Below the pieces are notes generated by a model. It made no database searches. It saw only the letters and a program-made list of their open reading frames with translations, and had not been told where the DNA came from. From IMG/VR virus record IMGVR_UViG_3300045988_106174: DNA of 34,124 nt, one strand, 5' to 3'. How positions within the stretch are numbered: position 1 is the stretch's first letter; each line of letters begins with the position of its first letter. This document shows, in pieces, positions 1 to 6,914 of the stretch. A program made the translations under genes and the position numbers. Origin of the DNA: a virus.

Positions 1-119
1 ACCGCCGCCGTCGCGATCCATCAAAAACGCCTTTGCCATCTTTGCGTAATAGTCCGGGCGATCCACGCCGTACTCGCGCGCGACCGCGCAATAGTCCGAG
101 TAGATCATATTCATCGCCG
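1..119. repeat. Terminal direct repeat, copy 1 (identical to 34006-34124)
   Basis: Base-by-base comparison of the first 119 nt with the last 119 nt shows no mismatch. Confidence 0.95.
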
Positions 120-432
120 CGTACCACGCCGCCGTGCCCAGCGCCTGCGCATCTACGCCGATGCTTCGCGCCGCTGCCGACGTCTGCTCCTGCGTCCAGT
201 GCTCTCCTGTGCTGCCGTCCTCGTTTTCCATTTCGGCCACCCACGCCCGCGCCTCGTCCTCAGAAAGCGCGTAGTGCTCCGGCTCCTCATGCTTTCGCCC
301 CGCGAGCATATCCAGATCGCACAGCAGCCCCGCGATGACGCCTGCCTCCTCGATATGTCCGAGCGTCATCGGCTCGTCGATGAGCTTGTGCAGCCGCTCG
401 TGGAGCCTGCGTTTGTATTCGCACTTTTCCAT
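1..432 (-). CDS. Hypothetical protein, N-terminal 144 codons of a gene that wraps around the contig junction (159 aa in total)
   Basis: The ATG at 432-430 overlaps the TGA of the upstream gene (ATGA). The frame runs off position 1 and continues at 34005 down to the TGA at 33960-33958 (MEKCEYKRRLHERL...AAYYRCIAEK). I recognise no family. Confidence 0.6.
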   Translation of the reverse strand, partial: MEKCEYKRRLHERLHKLIDEPMTLGHIEEAGVIAGLLCDLDMLAGRKHEEPEHYALSEDEARAWVAEMENEDGSTGEHWTQEQTSAAARSIGVDAQALGTAAWYAAMNMIYSDYCAVAREYGVDRPDYYAKMAKAFLMDRDGGG

Positions 433-773
433 CACAATTCCTCCTGCACCATGCTGTACAGCCTGTCCAAGTCGTTCACGTCAAACCGCAGTTCGCCGAT
501 GATTGGCACGCTGACCGGCAGCTTCTTGCCGTCCAGCTTCGGACGTGCGACACTGTACAGCTTTTCCACATCCACGTTGCCGCTCTCATCCATCACGCCC
601 ATCATCTGCACCACAGGATGCTCCCGCAGTGCAAGGAGCTTGTCTCTGCCGCCCTCCATCACGAGTGCCAGCAGAATGCCCGCTCCGATGCCCTTGCCGG
701 TCGGCAGGCGGGGTAAAACCTCATTGTCCGCAAAGCGCGTCACCGCGCGCATGATCTGGTCGATCGTCGCCAT
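432..773 (-). CDS. Hypothetical protein (113 aa)
   Basis: ORF track. GGAGG lies 6 nt upstream of the ATG (cgaaacGGAGGtagagtATG), and the stop overlaps the next start codon. Confidence 0.55.
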   Translation of the reverse strand: MATIDQIMRAVTRFADNEVLPRLPTGKGIGAGILLALVMEGGRDKLLALREHPVVQMMGVMDESGNVDVEKLYSVARPKLDGKKLPVSVPIIGELRFDVNDLDRLYSMVQEEL

Positions 774-793
774 ACTCTACCTCCGTTTCGTGC

Positions 794-822
794 GGGGCGG
801 CTTGTGCCGCCCCTTTTGCTTT
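794..822 (+). terminator. GC-rich hairpin plus T-tract, oriented as a plus-strand intrinsic terminator
   Basis: GGGGCGGC-ttgt-GCCGCCCC is followed by TTTTGCTTT on the plus strand. On the minus strand it has no U-tract. It sits between two minus-strand cargo genes. Confidence 0.35.
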
Positions 823-1297
823 AGGTCGTCGTCGTGCTCGTGGTCGGTGCCGTCCAGCTGTTATAGCGCTCCATCGGCTCGGGGCAGATGTTCCCGATGG
901 GAATGACCGTCTTGGTCATGCCCGCCAGCGTGGCAATCTCGTTCTGCATGCACGAGATATTCGCCGTAGTCTGCGCGTTGATCACGCGCTGCTGGCAAAG
1001 CTGCTCCTCGATCGACCGTGTTCTTCCGTCCATGTACTTGTACATTTCCAGCATCTTCTGGTCTGTGTAAGTGTTTGCGTCGCGCAGCTTGACCTCCGTC
1101 TCCAGTTCCGCGATCCGCGCCGCCTGCGTCGCCTCGTAGCGCGTCACAACATGGCTCTCACCGTTGTCCTCGCCATTCGGTGCGGCTGCTCTGCCTCCCA
1201 GCAGACCGTTCAGCGCACCGCCGAACACACTCAGCCCCGTGCCGATTGCGCCCAGCGTGACGCCCAGATTACCCTTGCCATTGCTTGCATATTCCAT
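821..1297 (-). CDS. Hypothetical protein (158 aa): Gly-rich hydrophobic N-terminus, coiled coil, Cys-containing C-terminus
   Basis: The internal ATG at 1297 is preceded by AAGGAGG at 8 nt (ccAAGGAGGaaaatagcATG). The upstream 30 codons of the tracked ORF lack a ribosome site. Confidence 0.6.
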   Translation of the reverse strand: MEYASNGKGNLGVTLGAIGTGLSVFGGALNGLLGGRAAAPNGEDNGESHVVTRYEATQAARIAELETEVKLRDANTYTDQKMLEMYKYMDGRTRSIEEQLCQQRVINAQTTANISCMQNEIATLAGMTKTVIPIGNICPEPMERYNSWTAPTTSTTTT

Positions 1298-1440
1298 GCT
1301 ATTTTCCTCCTTGGTATAAAGTAAGCCTTTCAGCTCCACCATCAGCTTACTCTTTTGGCTGGAATGTTGGGTGGCACGAATGTGCATTTACGCGGCGTTT
1401 ATGTGCAGGCATATTTTGAAGAAAAAGGCGTGGGATCGCG

Positions 1441-1476
1441 AAAAGCCCCGCAGTTCGTTTTGATGAACTGCGAGGC
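1441..1476 (-). terminator. Intrinsic terminator after the late/lysis operon
   Basis: A 12-bp stem (GCCUCGCAGUUC / GAACUGCGGGGC, one G:U pair) with an 8-nt loop starts 3 nt after the stop at 1480. It is followed by UUUU on the minus strand. T-runs on both sides suggest it may act bidirectionally. Confidence 0.55.
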
Positions 1477-1479
1477 TTT

Positions 1480-1725
1480 TCATAATTCCAATTTTTCAGC
1501 CACCCGGCACGCCCTTGTTATGATGCGATCCACTCTGCGGGATACGGTCGAGCGGTCCATATTGAGCTCGACCGCGATGTCGATCTGCGGCATTTGCTTC
1601 AGGATGTACAGCCGCGCGATCGTCGTGTCCTCCGCCCCCAAGGTTGCCTCGTCAAGCACGCGCTCCCAGTCACTTGCCAGCAGGTTTTCCAGCTCCTGCG
1701 GCAGCTTTAAGCGTGCTTTCGGCAT
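1480..1725 (-). CDS. Small sigma-70 region-4-like helix-turn-helix protein (81 aa)
   Basis: The segment ARLYILKQMPQIDIAVELNMDRSTVSRRVDRII looks like a sigma region 4 / ArpU-like HTH. AGGAGGG lies just upstream of the ATG. Confidence 0.55.
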   Translation of the reverse strand: MPKARLKLPQELENLLASDWERVLDEATLGAEDTTIARLYILKQMPQIDIAVELNMDRSTVSRRVDRIITRACRVAEKLEL

Positions 1726-1756
1726 CTGCCCTCCTTTCTGGCGTGCCGGGTGTTGT

Positions 1757-2416
1757 TTACTTTTTATGGCTCAAGGTTGCGATATTGCCCTGAAACCCCA
1801 CTTCCAGCCCCAGCGCCTTTGCAATGTCTCGGATCTTCACATAGTTCGTGCCATTTTTGAGGATGCGCTGCACCGGGACTTTCTTTCCGTCCACGATCAT
1901 GTAGCTGTCTGTGACCACCTCGCCCACCTCCTCTACCTGTCTGCGGAATTTTGCCAGCCCGTCGCCCTTGACCCAGTATGCCGGGCACAGCTTGCCCGTC
2001 ACGTCATAGTGCCGGATGATGTGGTCATACGGGATGCCGTACTGCTTGCACAGTGAATACACCAGCTCCGCCGCATTCTGGAGGGTCTTGTCGGTCGCCA
2101 TGACCCTGCCATCGCGCTTCGCGTCGCACAGCTCCACGCCGATAGAATTTGCATTCCGGCAATAGGGATGCTTATACGTCCGCGCCCCGCAGTGATACGC
2201 CACAAAGTCATCTGGCACGGACCGTGTGATCGAATCGTCGTCCACAAAGTAGTGCGCCGATGCGACGGGATTGAGCGGCTGCTGGAAGTACCGCCCGTTT
2301 GATTCGTCCGAATCGCCGTCATTAGCGGTGTAATGCATGACGATCCACTTGATCGTCTGTGTGCGCTTCCCGCCGTAATTGGAGCGGTGCGCAAGCTGCG
2401 TTTTGATCTGCACCAT
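1757..2416 (-). CDS. Endolysin: N-acetylmuramoyl-L-alanine amidase (Amidase_2/PGRP type) with a C-terminal wall-binding domain
   Basis: Motifs HYTANDGDSDESNGRYF, AHYFVDD, NSIGVELC and HYDVTGKLCP are present. The C-terminus (YMIVDGKKVPVQRILKNGTNYVKIRDIAKALG) resembles the copper-amine-oxidase-N-like repeat. The gene sits directly after the holins. Confidence 0.85.
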   Translation of the reverse strand: MVQIKTQLAHRSNYGGKRTQTIKWIVMHYTANDGDSDESNGRYFQQPLNPVASAHYFVDDDSITRSVPDDFVAYHCGARTYKHPYCRNANSIGVELCDAKRDGRVMATDKTLQNAAELVYSLCKQYGIPYDHIIRHYDVTGKLCPAYWVKGDGLAKFRRQVEEVGEVVTDSYMIVDGKKVPVQRILKNGTNYVKIRDIAKALGLEVGFQGNIATLSHKK

Positions 2417-2420
2417 AGCC

Positions 2421-2489
2421 TCACCCCCGCATCAGGAGAAACAGCATCGCACAGGCTGCGGCAAAGCACGCGATCCCCAGCCACATCAT
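2421..2489 (-). CDS. Possible 22-aa hydrophobic micro-protein (MMWLGIACFAAACAMLFLLMRG)
   Basis: Its ATG overlaps the holin TGA (ATGA), and its stop lies 5 nt before the endolysin ATG. It is too short to support by composition alone. Confidence 0.3.
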   Translation of the reverse strand: MMWLGIACFAAACAMLFLLMRG

Positions 2490-2698
2490 GCCTGCGTCCC
2501 TCCGTCCTTGTCCACGGCGTCCTGCATCTTCTGGCTCTGCGTGCCGAAGTAGAACGCGATGATGACCGCATAGATGGTCATGAAGTCTTGCGAGATCTTC
2601 CCGACGATCGCCATGTACGCGAACACCGCTGTCAGCACCAGCGTCACCAGCGACTTGACGCTCAGAAGATTCCCCAGCCGTTTCTTGATTTGTTCCAT
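2486..2698 (-). CDS. Holin (70 aa, two TM helices)
   Basis: Two hydrophobic helices (LVTLVLTAVFAYMAIV and IYAVIIAFYFG) and a charged C-terminus. It lies immediately upstream of the amidase. Confidence 0.7.
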   Translation of the reverse strand: MEQIKKRLGNLLSVKSLVTLVLTAVFAYMAIVGKISQDFMTIYAVIIAFYFGTQSQKMQDAVDKDGGTQA

Positions 2699-2950
2699 TT
2701 AATTTTCCTCCCCATCATTTTTGTCCTTTGCAAACACTCTCTTGAATGCCAGCAGCGCCAGCTCTCCGCCGAAGAACGCCCCGGCAAAGGTCAGCACGTC
2801 CGACAGGTCGCACGTCCAGTCCAGCACCGCGCACAGCGTCTTGAGCACCACCGCCCAGATCAGCACGCCCGTCAGAACGCGGATGCAGTAGATCACGATG
2901 GTCTTTGCCATTTCCCCCTTGCGCCAGCGGCGCTTGTTTCTGAGCATCAT
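2699..2950 (-). CDS. Second holin-like membrane protein (83 aa)
   Basis: The start is taken at ATG 2950, which overlaps the xhlA stop (ATGA). It has a basic N-terminus (MMLRNKRRWRKGE) followed by two hydrophobic helices. Confidence 0.6.
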   Translation of the reverse strand: MMLRNKRRWRKGEMAKTIVIYCIRVLTGVLIWAVVLKTLCAVLDWTCDLSDVLTFAGAFFGGELALLAFKRVFAKDKNDGEEN

Positions 2951-3246
2951 TTCAGCCCCAGCCGCACCAGTGCATACGCGATGAGTCCGCCCACAATCGC
3001 CGTCAGCGCCGTTTTGAGCACCGTGTCCCACGCCTTGCCGGGCTTGTCCCGCAAAGCCTGCACCGAGCTGTCCAGCCGCTCAAAGCGCGTGTTGAGCTGC
3101 TTGAGCTGCTCCGCCATCACCATCACCGAGGACGATAATTCGTGCAAAACCTTGTTGTCCTTCTCCAAGTCCTCGATCCTGCGCTTGTTCCCCTCGCTGA
3201 GTTTTTCCACCCGCGTCATGCGGTGCTCCATGTTGATCTCATCCAT
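2947..3246 (-). CDS. xhlA: XhlA-family protein (coiled coil plus C-terminal TM anchor)
   Basis: 99 aa with an N-terminal heptad-rich helix and a C-terminal TM segment (ALTAIVGGLIAYALV). It holds the typical first position of a Firmicutes prophage lysis cassette. Confidence 0.65.
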   Translation of the reverse strand: MDEINMEHRMTRVEKLSEGNKRRIEDLEKDNKVLHELSSSVMVMAEQLKQLNTRFERLDSSVQALRDKPGKAWDTVLKTALTAIVGGLIAYALVRLGLK

Positions 3247-3266
3247 CCCTTATCTCCTTTTGTTTT

Positions 3267-3713
3267 TTAGTCCGGCAGCTCTGCCCGGATTCCCGCCTTT
3301 GCCACCGCAATGAGCGTACTAAGCTCCTGCGCCCGCGCTGTCTGCCCCTCTGCCGAGTACGCAAGATACAGCTTGTTCGCCGCGTCCACCGTGAGCGTCT
3401 GCCCGTCATACTCCACACACGCCCGCGTCTCATACGCCTGCTCACGCTTTTCCTTGTTCGTCAGCTCCGGCGGCTCTTGTACCGGCTGCGTCTCCGGCAC
3501 ATTCGTCAGCCGGAAGCCCCCCGCGATCGCCTCCTGCCACAGATAGTCGCTGACATTGTCCTCGCCGATCTCAAACCCATCGTTGCGGTAGCGCTTTACG
3601 CTCCCCGCCGCCATGCCGATGCCCTCCAGCCCGTCCGCCGTATAGCTCACGCTCTGCTCTGTCCTGACCCGCACCGCGTTCTGATATGTGTTTCCGTTTA
3701 CTGTGATGTACAA
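3267..3713 (-). CDS. Hypothetical protein (148 aa) between the tail fibres and the lysis cassette
   Basis: ORF track. It has the same orientation and tight spacing as its neighbours. I recognise no family. Confidence 0.55.
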   Translation of the reverse strand: MYITVNGNTYQNAVRVRTEQSVSYTADGLEGIGMAAGSVKRYRNDGFEIGEDNVSDYLWQEAIAGGFRLTNVPETQPVQEPPELTNKEKREQAYETRACVEYDGQTLTVDAANKLYLAYSAEGQTARAQELSTLIAVAKAGIRAELPD

Positions 3714-3735
3714 ATAATCACCTCATTTTCATTTT

Positions 3736-4095
3736 TTATGTGAATGCAATATAGTTGTATTTTACGCCATTTGCGTTAAAGCCAAAGTATCCGTCTGAAT
3801 TTCGGAAGCCACCGACCACGAGAGTGCTCCCGTCTAATTTAGCCTGAAATCCTCCACTAAAATCAGCAAATGGCACTACATAAGTATAGGTGTCCCCTTG
3901 CAATATAATTGGCGTCCCACTTGTCGTTGACCTCTTTCCATTTGGGCAAAAAAGCATAACTGCTGTGGGTGTCACTGGAAGATCAATATTTCTCGTAGCG
4001 TGCGCTCCCGTTGAACCCGTAGCGTCATTTCCTGTGTAGCTCCCGATAACCACGCCGCCGCCACCAGCCAGGCTTCTAGCTAAATTTGCCTGCAT
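3736..4095 (-). CDS. Hypothetical tail-fibre-associated protein (119 aa) in an AT-rich patch
   Basis: GGAGGG lies 8 nt upstream of the ATG. The protein is Gly/Thr-rich and beta-like (GSYTGNDATGSTGAH...). The DNA is visibly more AT-rich than its flanks. Confidence 0.55.
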   Translation of the reverse strand: MQANLARSLAGGGGVVIGSYTGNDATGSTGAHATRNIDLPVTPTAVMLFCPNGKRSTTSGTPIILQGDTYTYVVPFADFSGGFQAKLDGSTLVVGGFRNSDGYFGFNANGVKYNYIAFT

Positions 4096-4109
4096 CCTTT
4101 ATTCCCTCC

Positions 4110-4928
4110 TCAATCATACGTCGTAACGCGAATCGGAATATTCACGGTCGGTGTGTCCACCGTCGCCGGGAATTTCACCGTCAGGCTGTCGGCTGCGGTG
4201 TCAGCAATTGCCGTTGCCGAAATGCCCAGCCACGCCGCCGCCAGCTCCGCGTCTGCCGCTGCGTCTGTGCCGCTCAGTGCCACGTCCACGAACGGCGCGG
4301 CGTTGTAGCTGGCTTTCAGTCCCGTCACCGAGACTGTCTGCGTTTTCCATGCCCCCGCCGTCGTCCAGCTGCTGGCGGTCAGGGCGGCCGAGTGCATCTC
4401 ACCAAGCGTGATGTTGGCGGAAAGCGCCTTGCCGTTGACGGTGCGGATCGTCGGCACGCGCGAGGTGTCCGTCGGGTGCCGGTGATTGCCGCGGGCGTAC
4501 GTCGTGCCGCTGCCGTAGCTGGCCGTCCCGTCCATCAGCGGCGTCGTCGTGCTGGCGTCCGGCACGCTCACTGTGACCGCGCCGGTCTGCCCGTTCACGC
4601 TGGTCACCGGCGCGCTTTGCAGCGCCGTGTCCGCCTTGCCAAGCGACGTCTGCACGTCCTCCGCAAGATCGGATTTTGCCGCCGTGGATTTGAACGCCAG
4701 GCTGCCGAGGTCGGCGAGCCACTTCGCGATCTTCCCGAACAGCACCGAGAGCTTTTCGCCCGTCGCAATGCTCGTCCGCGAGCTCGCCTTCGTGAACGCC
4801 GCCGTCACATTGGAGCCGTCTCCGATCTTGGCCAGCTTATCGTTCCACGCCTGCTTATTGTCCCGCACATCGGAAACTGCCTGGTCGATCTCTGCGCCGG
4901 TGTGAGAGCTATTATACAGATCAGCCAT
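4110..4928 (-). CDS. Tail fibre / receptor-binding protein (272 aa)
   Basis: Ser/Thr/Ala/Gly-rich. It contains YARGNHRHPTD, which resembles the conserved histidine box seen in many phage tail-fibre proteins. It sits in the distal tail block. Confidence 0.65.
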   Translation of the reverse strand: MADLYNSSHTGAEIDQAVSDVRDNKQAWNDKLAKIGDGSNVTAAFTKASSRTSIATGEKLSVLFGKIAKWLADLGSLAFKSTAAKSDLAEDVQTSLGKADTALQSAPVTSVNGQTGAVTVSVPDASTTTPLMDGTASYGSGTTYARGNHRHPTDTSRVPTIRTVNGKALSANITLGEMHSAALTASSWTTAGAWKTQTVSVTGLKASYNAAPFVDVALSGTDAAADAELAAAWLGISATAIADTAADSLTVKFPATVDTPTVNIPIRVTTYD

Positions 4929-4932
4929 GTTA

Positions 4933-5310
4933 TCACTCCTTCATGCAGAGGAATTCCCTGCCGTCTTTTGTCAGCATGGTCTTTGTCGTTCCGGACGGCA
5001 CAAAGCCATAGTTGTCGTTCCAGCCGCCGTCCTCGCCCTGCGCGAACAGCGAAATGCGGTACTCCCCATCCCCGGAAAGCAAAAAATCATCGTACACTTC
5101 AAAGGTTCGCTGCATGCCCGCCGGGGTCTGCGAGAAGGACGCGATCAAAGCGCCCTTCCCGCGTCCCCAATCCTCACCGGCTTTCGTCGCACGGCATTCG
5201 AAGGCCATGTAGGCGATGTCGGACGAAAACGAAACTGTGATCGAGTCAAACCCCGAGACTGCGGAGATTTTATTGCCCGTGATGGAAAACGTCAGCTGCG
5301 GCGAGGCCAT
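4933..5310 (-). CDS. Structural (tail-fibre region) protein, beta-rich (125 aa)
   Basis: The start is taken at ATG 5310, which overlaps the upstream TAA (TAATG). The sequence (ISAVSGFDSITVSFSSDIAYMAFECR) parallels the C-terminal half of the preceding protein (ISKVTGFDTCAFSFTVDVDFEEYIVKV). Confidence 0.55.
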   Translation of the reverse strand: MASPQLTFSITGNKISAVSGFDSITVSFSSDIAYMAFECRATKAGEDWGRGKGALIASFSQTPAGMQRTFEVYDDFLLSGDGEYRISLFAQGEDGGWNDNYGFVPSGTTKTMLTKDGREFLCMKE

Positions 5311-5972
5311 TACGCCACGCTCCACGTGCCGGCGGCGTTCCGCACAAAGACCTTGACAATCTTCGTGCCGTCGCCAGCGGAGGCCGTCGCGAGATCTGCG
5401 CCCTTGATGGTAACATCAATTGCTGTCGCTTTCTTATAGCCGCCAGCTGCGCCGCCGGTGTTGCTGGAGCCGCCGGTGGTCGGGATCTGCGTCCCGGCGT
5501 CGTGGAGGCTGCTGGTGGACGGCACGACCTTAACAATGTACTCCTCAAAGTCGACATCGACTGTGAAGGAGAATGCGCAGGTGTCGAAGCCGGTGACCTT
5601 GGAGATCTTTGACTTATCCGGGCCGGTGATCGTGACCACAGGAACTGCGGTGTTGACCGTGATGGATGCAGTGACCGCCGCAGACTCATTGCCGACGTCG
5701 TCACGCACCTTGATGTGCACAGTTTTGAGGCCATCTCCGTCTGTCAAAGCGATAGACTTGCTGGCCGCGAAGGTCTCCCAGGAGGCATCTGCTTCGGTCA
5801 CAGCTGCCTTTATGCCCCAGATCTGCATCTGGTAGCCGGTGGTGACCTCGTCGCTCAGAGTGATCGCCGCGGTCACTGTGTTGCTTGTTGCGTACGCTGC
5901 TCCGTTGTTGAGCGTTAAGGCAAGCCCGGCCGGTGCCAACGTATCAAGGATCAGATTGAAAAAACTTGCCAT
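5310..5972 (-). CDS. Structural protein with Ig-like repeats (220 aa)
   Basis: The ORF is Thr/Ala/Val-rich and beta-type, and sits within the tail-fibre block. Confidence 0.6.
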   Translation of the reverse strand: MASFFNLILDTLAPAGLALTLNNGAAYATSNTVTAAITLSDEVTTGYQMQIWGIKAAVTEADASWETFAASKSIALTDGDGLKTVHIKVRDDVGNESAAVTASITVNTAVPVVTITGPDKSKISKVTGFDTCAFSFTVDVDFEEYIVKVVPSTSSLHDAGTQIPTTGGSSNTGGAAGGYKKATAIDVTIKGADLATASAGDGTKIVKVFVRNAAGTWSVA

Positions 5973-5975
5973 GGA

Positions 5976-6119
5976 TTAAACCCCTTTCTTTTCGTTGAGT
6001 TCGATGTACAAAAAACCGCCCGGGCGGGTGTAGATCGTTTCTTCGCCGATGTAGGCATTTTTAATACCCATCTCGCCGACAAACTGCTCCTTAAGCTGCT
6101 CTTCGCCTACCGTGATCAT
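5976..6119 (-). CDS. Possible small protein (47 aa, MITVGEEQLKEQFVGEMGIKNAYIGEETIY...)
   Basis: It fills an otherwise empty 150-bp gap and has GGGGGTGA upstream of the ATG. It also contains CCGCCCGGGCGG+TTTTTT, which could instead be a weak terminator. Confidence 0.3.
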   Translation of the reverse strand: MITVGEEQLKEQFVGEMGIKNAYIGEETIYTRPGGFLYIELNEKKGV

Positions 6120-6123
6120 TCCG

Positions 6124-6312
6124 TCACCCCCGAATCAGATACAAAGTTCTGGAGTCTTTGATCTCCAGCGCGTCATATTCCGCGCGGTCGAGGGCGATAA
6201 TGGTGTCGATCTGGGCGGACGAGACATTGCCTTTTCCACCGCCGACCTTGACGTCGCTGACCTCAAAGCACAGCTGCGGTTTTCTGCCGATGTCAAAATG
6301 GATCGCCATCAC
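6124..6312 (-). CDS. Small structural-region protein (62 aa)
   Basis: Its ATG overlaps the upstream stop (ATGA). The ending ...AEYDALEIKDSRTLYLI is a motif often seen at the N-termini of phage fibre proteins. Confidence 0.45.
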   Translation of the reverse strand: MMAIHFDIGRKPQLCFEVSDVKVGGGKGNVSSAQIDTIIALDRAEYDALEIKDSRTLYLIRG

Positions 6313-6629
6313 AGCACCACCTTGCTGATGCTGTCGGCAACGTAGATGTCGCCGACATCGACACCGACCACGACCGGCGGGTCGCCCTTAAATTTCACGC
6401 GGATCTGGACGTGCTGCGACGAGCGCTGCACGGCGAACGTCTCCTGCTGCGTGAGCGGAAACAGGAACGTCCCGCCCTCATCCAGCACCACCTCGCCGGG
6501 GTACAGCTTCCGCATCTTGCCGATCACGAATTCGACTTTGTCGATCGTGGTCATGTCCAGCGGCTTGCCGTTCTGCTTGCCGATGATGGGGATAGCGTAC
6601 TGGTCACCCTGCATGATTATCAAGCTCAT
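6309..6629 (-). CDS. Hypothetical structural protein (106 aa)
   Basis: The start is moved to ATG 6629 (MSLIIMQGDQY...), which has AAGGAGG 7 nt upstream. The longer tracked ORF would have to begin inside the palindrome. Confidence 0.55.
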   Translation of the reverse strand: MSLIIMQGDQYAIPIIGKQNGKPLDMTTIDKVEFVIGKMRKLYPGEVVLDEGGTFLFPLTQQETFAVQRSSQHVQIRVKFKGDPPVVVGVDVGDIYVADSISKVVL

Positions 6630-6647
6630 GCCGCTGCCTCCTTTCTG

Positions 6648-6673
6648 CAAATTTCCCAACGTTGGGAAATTTG
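6648..6673. repeat. Perfect 26-bp palindrome CAAATTTCCCAACGTTGGGAAATTTG, copy 1 of 3
   Basis: It is self-complementary with no spacer. It lies in the 48-bp gap between the stop at 6678 and the start at 6629. The other copies are at 19981-20006 and 25715-25742. Confidence 0.95.
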
Positions 6674-6677
6674 ACGC

Positions 6678-6914
6678 TTATGCCGGGTTGCCAATCTTGC
6701 AGATCACGACCACGCTGCCGCTGACGCGGGCGATGAGCACCCGGTCACCGGCAGCCAGCGTGACCGCTGTGTTGCACTTATAATGCTTTGCCGTCGCCGC
6801 CGTCTGACCGGGAAAGATCAGGCTGACGCCGTCGGCATACTTCGCGCCCACCGTCGCAAGCCCGATCTGCCCGGAGCTAGGCGCGGCTTTTGCTGCGCTG
6901 AAGAGGTCCATCAT
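6678..6914 (-). CDS. Small tail-tip/baseplate-region protein (78 aa)
   Basis: ORF track. It overlaps the upstream stop (ATGA) and has a beta-rich sequence. The family assignment is uncertain. Confidence 0.5.
   Translation of the reverse strand: MMDLFSAAKAAPSSGQIGLATVGAKYADGVSLIFPGQTAATAKHYKCNTAVTLAAGDRVLIARVSGSVVVICKIGNPA

Noticed and set aside
1-119. The 119-bp terminal repeats as attL/attR of an integrated prophage
   Set aside because: The repeat lies inside a coding sequence that reads seamlessly across the junction. There is no host-like flanking sequence, and a separate int-adjacent attP with a tRNA fragment exists.
4086-5240. Long plus-strand ORFs antisense to structural and early genes (e.g. 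4086-5240, 6938-8056, 10271-11176, 15500-16735, 16923-17975, 25839-26747)
   Set aside because: They are Arg/Pro/Ala/Gly-rich and low-complexity, lack ribosome sites, and fully overlap minus-strand genes with clear family signatures. These are typical open antisense frames in GC-rich DNA.
6648-6673. The palindromes as ordinary rho-independent terminators
   Set aside because: The stems have A/T-rich outer arms and no downstream U-tract on either strand, and one copy lies inside a coding sequence.
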